Of a stretch of 64,000 nucleotides of DNA, positions 57,331 to 64,000 are shown piece after piece (position 1 is the first letter of the stretch; every line of letters begins with the position of its first letter). The notes below the pieces were generated by a model. The model made no database searches. It saw only the letters and a list, made by a program, of their open reading frames with translations, and had not been told where the DNA came from. Made by a program: the position numbers and the translations under genes. Source of the DNA: Deltaproteobacteria bacterium (GTDB lineage Bacteria; Desulfobacterota; Binatia; HRBIN30; CADEER01). The stretch spans positions 4,885-68,884 of the forward strand of contig JAJCZJ010000105.1 of NCBI GenBank assembly GCA_029262455.1, read 5' to 3'.

Positions 57331-59160
57331 ATGGCTGCACTAGGAGCTGTCGACAGCGGCGGCACGGGGCGGCGCATTCGAGTCTTGCCGGATGTGATCG
57401 CCAACCAAATCGCGGCTGGAGAAGTCGTTGAGCGACCCGCTTCGGTGGTGAAGGAGCTCGTCGAGAATTCGCTGGATGCTGGGGCGACGCGTGTTGCTGT
57501 CGACCTCGAGCAAGCCGGGACGGCGATGATTGCAGTGGTCGACGATGGCGAGGGGATGTCGAGTGAGGACGCATCGTGTGCGTTCGCGCGCCATGCGACC
57601 AGCAAGCTCTCGGGCGTCGATGATCTATTGCGCATCTCGACGCTAGGTTTTCGCGGCGAGGCACTGGCCAGTATTGGCGCCGTCGGCGAGACGACATTGG
57701 TGACGCGGCGGCGCGATGATCTCGCGGCGACACGGGTGCTGGTGCGGGAGAGTGAGATCGTCGAGGTCGGAGAAACCGGCGCCCCTATCGGTACGCGGAT
57801 CGAGGTAGCGGATCTGTTCGGCAACACCCCTGCGCGGCGTAAGTTTTTAAAGGCTCCCTCAACTGAAGTCGGCCACGTCAGTGAGTTGTTGACGCGTTTG
57901 GCGTTGGCGTGGCCTCAGGTCGGGTTTCGCCTGACCCACAACGGCCGCACCATTCTCGATCACAGCGCCGTGGACGACCATTTAGAGCGAGTGCGACAGG
58001 TCCTGCGCGCCGAGCGCGCACAAGCCCTGATGAGCTTTCATCACCGCACCGGCGCCGGCGTGGTCAGTGGTTGGATCTCCAACTCAAGTCTTACGTTCCC
58101 CAGCCAAAGGCAGATTTTCACGTACGTCAATCGGCGTTATGTCAAAGATCGTGTCGTTACCCATGCCCTGTTGGCCGGATACAGTACCTTGCTGATGCAC
58201 GGGCGCTACCCGGCTGCGGTGGTGTTCATCGACGTCCCATTCGAAGAGGTTGATGTGAACGTGCATCCGGCAAAGTCGGAAGTCCGATTCCGCCGCTCCG
58301 GGGCGGTCCATGATCTGCTCGTCCAGGCGGTGCAAAAGCGCTTGCGCTCGCAAGATCTAGAGCAGCGCAGTGGCGACGCTGTCGCCCAGCCTGTAGCTGG
58401 TCAGATTCCGTTCGGCGGGCAACCTGGATTCGGCGCGTCGCCGCGGCTGTTGTTGCGGCCGTCCCCATCTGACGCGGCGATGCCTGGGGCGGCTTTCCCG
58501 GTAGCGCCGGTGCCGTCCGATCCGGCGTCGCTTGGGCGCCCCAACCCGTTACCGGAACGCGCGACGGCTGGGGACGGTTTTTTTTCGCGTCTGCGGGTCC
58601 TCGGGCAGGTCTTTAGTGGTTACCTGATCTGTCAGGGGGACGACGAGTTGGTTTTGATCGATCAACACGCGGCTCACGAGCGGGTCATGTTTGAGCGGCT
58701 GCGCGACTCGGAACGCGATGGAATGGTCCCGCGTCAGCAACTTCTGGTGCCCGTCGTGGTCGACCTCGGCGCGCGCGAAGCGGCGTTGTTGCGCGACCAC
58801 ATCGACCGGCTCACGTCGGTCGGCTTCGAGGTCGAGCCGCACGCTGGCGATTCGTTTGCCGTGCGTGCGGTGCCGGCGTTGCTCGGCGACCTGGATGCCG
58901 CAGAGCTCGTCCGCGATCTCGCCGAGGACCTCGTGGAGATCGGGCGATCTCGCCGGCTCGACGAGGCATCGGAATCAATCTTGTCGCGGTTGGCCTGTCA
59001 CAGCGCTGTCCGTGTCGGCCAGAACATGAGCAGCGAGCAAGTCCAGGCGCTGCTGCGATCGATGGATCACACGGATTTTTCGGGTCACTGTCCCCACGGT
59101 CGTCCGTCCTTCATCACGATGTCGCGCGGCGACCTCGAGCGCTGGTTCAAGAGGACATAG
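57331..59160 (+). CDS. mutL: DNA mismatch repair endonuclease MutL
   Basis: NQIAAGEVVERPASVVKELVEN, GFRGEALAS, DQHAAHER, ACH, CPHGRP. Confidence 0.97.
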   Translation: MAALGAVDSGGTGRRIRVLPDVIANQIAAGEVVERPASVVKELVENSLDAGATRVAVDLEQAGTAMIAVVDDGEGMSSEDASCAFARHATSKLSGVDDLLRISTLGFRGEALASIGAVGETTLVTRRRDDLAATRVLVRESEIVEVGETGAPIGTRIEVADLFGNTPARRKFLKAPSTEVGHVSELLTRLALAWPQVGFRLTHNGRTILDHSAVDDHLERVRQVLRAERAQALMSFHHRTGAGVVSGWISNSSLTFPSQRQIFTYVNRRYVKDRVVTHALLAGYSTLLMHGRYPAAVVFIDVPFEEVDVNVHPAKSEVRFRRSGAVHDLLVQAVQKRLRSQDLEQRSGDAVAQPVAGQIPFGGQPGFGASPRLLLRPSPSDAAMPGAAFPVAPVPSDPASLGRPNPLPERATAGDGFFSRLRVLGQVFSGYLICQGDDELVLIDQHAAHERVMFERLRDSERDGMVPRQQLLVPVVVDLGAREAALLRDHIDRLTSVGFEVEPHAGDSFAVRAVPALLGDLDAAELVRDLAEDLVEIGRSRRLDEASESILSRLACHSAVRVGQNMSSEQVQALLRSMDHTDFSGHCPHGRPSFITMSRGDLERWFKRT

Positions 59161-59191
59161 TTCAGTCTTCGGCGTTCGCCGATCGTCGTCG

Positions 59192-60109
59192 ATGACGCAA
59201 ACTCTGGCTATTGTCGGACCGACCGGGACAGGCAAGACGGAGCTGTCCCTCGGTCTTGCGGAGCTTCTGCGCGGCGAGATCGTCAACTGTGACTCGCGGC
59301 AGATCTATCGCGGGCTCGATATCGGCAGCGCCAAGCCGACGCTGGTTGAGCGCGAACGCGTGCCGCATCACCTCTTCGATTTGATCGCGCCGAGCGAAAC
59401 CTTTGATTGTGCGCGCTATCGCTCCATGGCGCGCGCTGCGATCGACGAAATTGGCGGACGGGATAAGCGGAGCATCTTGGTGGGAGGGACCGGTCTCTAT
59501 TTGAAGACCGTGCGCTACGGACTCTTCGAAGGGCCGCCGCGCGACGAGGCGCTGCGATCCGAGTTGACGGCCCGCGAGGCCGCCGACCGTGGTTGCCTGC
59601 ACGCTGAGTTGACTGCAGCGGACCCGCCGACTGCGGCGCGCTTGCACCCGAACGACACTCATCGGGTCGTGCGGGCACTGGAGGTACAAAAGCTGTCGGG
59701 TCGTCCGCTTTCGAGCTGGCATGCCGAGCACGGATTTCGCCAAAGTGAAATCTCTGTGCGTGTCTTCGGTTTGTCGATGCCGCGAGAGAAGCTGTACGAA
59801 CGCATCGATCAGCGTTGTCGCGAAATGGTCGAGCGCGGCTTCGTCGAAGAGGTCCGAGGCCTCTTGGACGCAGGTCTGAGTGCCGATCTCCCGGCGCTGC
59901 GAAGCATTGGGTATCGCGAGATCGGAGACTATTTGCGCGGTCGCTGCCAACTCGACGACGCGATCGAGGCGATGGCCCGGGCTACCCGGAGATTCGCCAA
60001 GCGGCAGCTGACGTGGTTCCGCGCTGACCCGACGATCGAATGGGTCGAAGCGATATCGGCGAAAGCGGAAGTCTTGGCGCAGCGAGCCAACGACGGCCCG
60101 ACTCCCTGA
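59192..60109 (+). CDS. miaA: tRNA dimethylallyltransferase
   Basis: GPTGTGKT, DSRQIYRGLDIGSAKP, GGTGLY, AKRQLTWF. Confidence 0.97.
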   Translation: MTQTLAIVGPTGTGKTELSLGLAELLRGEIVNCDSRQIYRGLDIGSAKPTLVERERVPHHLFDLIAPSETFDCARYRSMARAAIDEIGGRDKRSILVGGTGLYLKTVRYGLFEGPPRDEALRSELTAREAADRGCLHAELTAADPPTAARLHPNDTHRVVRALEVQKLSGRPLSSWHAEHGFRQSEISVRVFGLSMPREKLYERIDQRCREMVERGFVEEVRGLLDAGLSADLPALRSIGYREIGDYLRGRCQLDDAIEAMARATRRFAKRQLTWFRADPTIEWVEAISAKAEVLAQRANDGPTP

Positions 60110-60197
60110 CGCGTCGAGGTACCGGCTGGTCGCAGACCCGGGCTGGTGGGTGGGGCGGCGCTAGAACCGTGTCCGGGGATCGGATACGACTGGGCCC

Positions 60198-61310
60198 GTG
60201 GCGAAAAAAGTTTCAAAAGTGTCCATTGATACGCTGCGCGGTCGCATCGACAAGATTGACCAGCAGTTGACCAGCCTGCTCAATCGACGCGCCCGATTGG
60301 CGATGGCGATTGGCGAACGCAAGGCGACCGCGGGCCGGACGGTCTATGCTCCTGACCGCGAGAAGCGTGTGTTTCAGAAGCTGGCTGCGGCCAATGTGGG
60401 GCCTCTTTCCGACCAGCACCTGCAGTCGATCTTTCGCGAAGTGATTTCGAGCTGTTTGTCTCTCGAGAAACCGCTGCGCGTATCGTTTCTCGGTCCGCAG
60501 GGGACCTACTCGCAGCAGGCGGCGTCTGTTCAGTTCGGCTCCGGAGCGGATCTGGTTCCAGCCGGCTCGATTGATTCGATCTTCGAAGAAGTAGAGCGCG
60601 GGCGTACGGACTACGGTGTCGTTCCGGTGGAAAACTCGACGGAGGGCGTCGTGGCGCAGACTCTCGATCGATTTATCCAGTCGCCACTATCGATCAAGGC
60701 GGAGATCTTGTTGCGCGTCGATCACTGCCTGCTCAGGCAGAAGGGGCGGAGCCCACGTCTGCGCCGCATCGTGTCTCATGCCCAGTCGCTCGCGCAATGT
60801 CGCGATTGGCTGGCGCGATCGTACCCGGAGGTTCCGTTGGAAGAGGTTGCCAGCAACGCGGTGGCGGCCGAGCTCGCGGCGCGCGCTGCGACGACCGCGG
60901 CAATCGCCGGCCGGCAGGCGGCCGAACAATACGACCTCGACGTGATCGCCGAGAACATTCAGGACTTGCCGAACAACGTAACGCGCTTCCTGGTCATCTC
61001 TTCCGATGCGCCGAGTGCCCGCACCGAGGACGACAAGACCTCGGTGCTTTTTGCCGTTCCGCATCGATCGGGAGCGTTGTTCAAGGTCCTCGAAGGGTTC
61101 GCCAAAGAGCATATCAATCTCAGCACGATCGAATCGCGCCCGCTGCGCGGCCGCGCCTGGGAGTATGTGTTCTTCTTGGACTTGTCGGGCCATGTCGACG
61201 AGCCTGGGATGGCGCGGGCTCTGGTGGCGCTGGAGAAACGAGCGCTGTTCGTCAAGGTTCTGGGCTCGTACCCGGCATGGCACTGGCCCGATCCGAAAGA
61301 GAAACGGTGA
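60198..61310 (+). CDS. pheA: Chorismate mutase / prephenate dehydratase (P-protein)
   Basis: LRGRIDKID, LGPQGTYS, PVENSTEG, NVTRF, IESRP, LGSYP. Confidence 0.96.
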   Translation: MAKKVSKVSIDTLRGRIDKIDQQLTSLLNRRARLAMAIGERKATAGRTVYAPDREKRVFQKLAAANVGPLSDQHLQSIFREVISSCLSLEKPLRVSFLGPQGTYSQQAASVQFGSGADLVPAGSIDSIFEEVERGRTDYGVVPVENSTEGVVAQTLDRFIQSPLSIKAEILLRVDHCLLRQKGRSPRLRRIVSHAQSLAQCRDWLARSYPEVPLEEVASNAVAAELAARAATTAAIAGRQAAEQYDLDVIAENIQDLPNNVTRFLVISSDAPSARTEDDKTSVLFAVPHRSGALFKVLEGFAKEHINLSTIESRPLRGRAWEYVFFLDLSGHVDEPGMARALVALEKRALFVKVLGSYPAWHWPDPKEKR

Positions 61311-61382
61311 TGGTGGCCGTACCGGGCTCGGACGTGCGGTGCGAGTTGTCTCAATGCTTCGATCTGCACTTGCCGGTGCGCC

Positions 61383-62288
61383 TTGAAGCCGTTGGGGTCG
61401 ACCCGATCTGCGCTGGTTCATGCGGAGGCCCCGGTGTTGTTTGAGCGCGCTGCGGTGATTGGTGTCGGCTTGATTGGCGGCTCTCTGGCTGCGGCGTCTC
61501 GGCGGATCGGGTCGATCGCGGAAGTCGTCGGGGTCGGTCGAACGCAGGCCAATCTCGACACGGCCTTGGAGAATGACCTCGTCGATCGCGTCACCACAAA
61601 CATTAGTGAGATTGGCGATGTGGATCTCGTCGTCCTGGCGGTACCGGTGCGGTCCACGGGAAACGTCGTCGAATCCCTGGCCCCGCACTTGCGCGAAGGC
61701 ACCGTCGTCACCGACGTCGGTAGTGTCAAGGAATCTGTCGTGATCGAGGCGAGTGCCGCTCTGCCGCCGGGGTGTCATTTTGTCGGGGCCCACCCGATCG
61801 CTGGCAGCGAGCAGACGGGGGCCGCAGCAGCGCGGGCGGATCTGTTCCGTGGTCAGTTGTGCGTCGTCACACCGTCCAGCTCGGTTCCATCGAAGATCAC
61901 CGAATCGGTTGCCGAGTTGTGGCGGCTGACCGGTGCGCGGGTTGTTCAGATGCCGCCGGCCGAACACGACCGGGCTCTGGCTTGGACCAGTCACGTGGTC
62001 CATGTCGTGGCTTACGCATTGGCTGCTTCGCTGGACGAGGGCGGTGATGGGGTGCTCGACTTTGCCGGCCCGGGACTTGTGGATGCAACGCGCATGGCGG
62101 GTGGCAGCGTGCCGATGTGGCGGGACATTTTTATTGCCAATCGGTCCGCGGTGCTTGCCTCTCTAGACGGGTTTAGCGGAGTCTTGGCAGAGCTGCGAGC
62201 GGCGATCGATGCTGGCGACGACGACCGAGTCGACGCGCTGTTGCAGCGCGGTTTGGATATCCGCAGGAAGCTCGAGCGCAAGCGATGA
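61383..62288 (+). CDS. tyrA: Prephenate/cyclohexadienyl dehydrogenase
   Basis: GVGLIGGS, TDVGSVK, HPIAGSE, EHD...SH..H, MWRDIF. Start uncertain. Confidence 0.92.
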   Translation: MKPLGSTRSALVHAEAPVLFERAAVIGVGLIGGSLAAASRRIGSIAEVVGVGRTQANLDTALENDLVDRVTTNISEIGDVDLVVLAVPVRSTGNVVESLAPHLREGTVVTDVGSVKESVVIEASAALPPGCHFVGAHPIAGSEQTGAAAARADLFRGQLCVVTPSSSVPSKITESVAELWRLTGARVVQMPPAEHDRALAWTSHVVHVVAYALAASLDEGGDGVLDFAGPGLVDATRMAGGSVPMWRDIFIANRSAVLASLDGFSGVLAELRAAIDAGDDDRVDALLQRGLDIRRKLERKR

Positions 62289-63565
62289 GGGACCCTGTGC
62301 GGGTCGTCGAACCTCTGCGAAATCCTCCTGACACGACCGTGCGGGTGCCGGGCTCGAAGTCGATCACCAACCGGGCGCTATTGCTTGCTGCGCTGGCCGA
62401 GGGGGAGTCGCGGCTCACCGGGGCGTTGTTCAGTGATGATACGCGCTACATGGCCTCGGCCCTGAACGATCTTGGAGTCGCGGTCGAAGCCGACGAAGAC
62501 GCCCGCGAAATTCGCGTCGCCGGCAGCGGTGGGCAGTGGCCGAAAGACGCCGGCGATCTCTTCGTCGGCAACGCCGGGACCGCGATGCGTTTCTTGGTCG
62601 CGGCGCTGTGTCTCGGCCAAGGTTCCTACCGGATCGACGGAACGGAGCGAATGCGGCAGCGGCCGATCCAAGACTTAGTGGACGCGCTGCGCGGTTTGGG
62701 CGCGGATATCGAGTGCGAGCTGGCCAATGGGGCCCCGCCGGTGATCTGTCGCGCGCGTGGGCTCGCTGGCGGGACGGTCGTTGTCGATGCTTCGCGTAGC
62801 AGTCAGTTCTTGTCTGCTGTCTTGCAAGTCTCGCCGTACTCCGATCGAGATGTGTCGATCGAAGTCGCCGGCGAGCTGATCTCCGAACCGTACGTCGACA
62901 TGACCATCGGAGTCATGAAAGCGTTTGGGGTTGAAGTGCGACGTGTCGAAAAGGCATGGCTCATTGAAACCGGCAAGTCTTATCGCGGGACGGATTATGC
63001 GATCGAACCGGATGCCTCGGCGGCACACTACTTTTGGGCTGCGGCTGCGTTGACCGGCGGACGCCTGCGGGTCGACGGGCTCGACCGCCGATCGATTCAA
63101 GGTGATGTGGCTTTTGTCGATCTATTGAGCGCGATGGGCGCCGAAGTCGATGACGGTCCGGGCTACGTGGAAGTCACGGGCCGCGGGAAGCTGAAGGGGA
63201 TCGACGTCGATATGAATGCAATCTCGGATACCGCCCCGACCTTAGCCGTGATGGGTGCGTTTTGTAGCGAGCCAGTGCGTATTCGCAATGTCGAGCATAT
63301 GCGTTGGCAAGAGAGTGATCGGTTGAGTGCGGTTGCCACGGAGTTGGCCCGTCTCGGTGTGCGCGTGGACGAAGAGCGCGACGGCCTCACGGTGTATCCG
63401 ACCGCACCGCACGGTGGCACGATTGAGACGTATGATGACCATCGCATCGCGATGAGTTTTGCCCTTGCCGGTTTGATGACCCAGGGAATATCGATCTCCA
63501 ATCCCAATTGCGTGAGCAAAACTTTTCCCGACTACTTCGAAAGACTCGAGGAGCTGCGTCGATGA
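62285..63565 (+). CDS. aroA: 3-phosphoshikimate 1-carboxyvinyltransferase (EPSP synthase)
   Basis: PGSKSITNR, GNAGTAMR, SSQFLS, ESDR, DDHRIAM, KTFP. Confidence 0.97.
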   Translation: MRDPVRVVEPLRNPPDTTVRVPGSKSITNRALLLAALAEGESRLTGALFSDDTRYMASALNDLGVAVEADEDAREIRVAGSGGQWPKDAGDLFVGNAGTAMRFLVAALCLGQGSYRIDGTERMRQRPIQDLVDALRGLGADIECELANGAPPVICRARGLAGGTVVVDASRSSQFLSAVLQVSPYSDRDVSIEVAGELISEPYVDMTIGVMKAFGVEVRRVEKAWLIETGKSYRGTDYAIEPDASAAHYFWAAAALTGGRLRVDGLDRRSIQGDVAFVDLLSAMGAEVDDGPGYVEVTGRGKLKGIDVDMNAISDTAPTLAVMGAFCSEPVRIRNVEHMRWQESDRLSAVATELARLGVRVDEERDGLTVYPTAPHGGTIETYDDHRIAMSFALAGLMTQGISISNPNCVSKTFPDYFERLEELRR

Positions 63566-64000
63566 TCTCCGTAATCGCAATCGATGGTCCGGCGGGAGCT
63601 GGTAAGAGCACGGTCAGTCGTCGATTGGCACAGGCCTTGGACTGGCAATACGTCGATACTGGCGCGATGTACCGCGTCGTCGGCTTTATAGCGGTTGGGG
63701 CCGGGGTCGATTTCTCCGATGTCGATGGATTGCGAAAAGTTTGTGACAATCTCGACCTGAGATTCGAGGAGGAAGGCGACGGTGTGCGAACCATCGCAAA
63801 TGGCCGCGACGTCTCTCATGCGATTCGCTCCGCCGAGGCAGGGCAGCTCGCTTCGAAGGTCTCTGTCGTGCCGATTGTGCGTGAGCGGCTGGTCGCCCTG
63901 CAGCGTGCGATGGGCGAAAAACGACCGACCGTGATGGAGGGCCGCGATATCGGCACAGTCGTATTTCCCGATGCCCAGCTTAAGATTTTCCTGCGTGCGA
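63562..64000 (+). CDS. cmk: Cytidylate kinase (bacterial type 1), truncated by the window end
   Basis: Manual translation MISVIAIDGPAGAGKST...DTGAMYR...VMEGRDIGTVVFPDA.LKIFL; ATGA overlap with aroA. Confidence 0.95.
   Translation, partial: MISVIAIDGPAGAGKSTVSRRLAQALDWQYVDTGAMYRVVGFIAVGAGVDFSDVDGLRKVCDNLDLRFEEEGDGVRTIANGRDVSHAIRSAEAGQLASKVSVVPIVRERLVALQRAMGEKRPTVMEGRDIGTVVFPDAQLKIFLRA

Noticed and set aside
32208-62003. Long antisense ORFs over lysS, lolE, bamA, lpxI, msbA, spoT and pheA
   Set aside because: Expected stop-poor reverse frames in high-GC coding DNA, opposite well-supported genes.
1-64000. tRNA, rRNA, IS/transposase, integrase or prophage genes
   Set aside because: No cloverleaf/T-loop signatures or recombinase/phage motifs were recognised by eye; a tRNAscan/Infernal run would be needed to exclude small RNAs.

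Overview
GC-rich bacterial chromosomal window from a diderm, delta-proteobacterial-like organism. Gene content and the Cys-rich/Thr-rich secreted proteins suggest Candidatus Binatia or a relative; this is inference only. The right half (about 29-64 kb) is housekeeping: ttuB-ttuA-trmI, lysS, lolE/D, bamA, skp, a lipid A/Kdo/heptose cluster, yicC, an archaeal-type cmk, rel/spoT, rpmB, ridA, mutL, miaA and pheA-tyrA-aroA-cmk. The left half holds the most unusual content, an apparently uncharacterised cell-surface system. Six paralogous secreted Cys-rich proteins fall into two subtypes arranged strictly as A-B pairs (one pair at 2.6-5.3 kb; A-B-A-B at 19.4-24.4 kb). Both loci share an identical 14-nt promoter element and end in strong terminators. 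The larger locus is preceded by helically phased direct repeats and bracketed by two paralogous proteins built as dockerin-like domain, (Thr-X)n stalk and Cys-containing C-terminal domain. A DivK-like regulator, an XRE regulator with a sigma54-like promoter and an FG-GAP lipoprotein lie nearby. Other oddities include a catalytically degenerate TrpC-like protein, a TtuB ending in GG-I, two unrelated cytidylate kinases and a 29-bp palindrome translated by two convergent genes. I found no rRNA, tRNA, CRISPR array or transposase.
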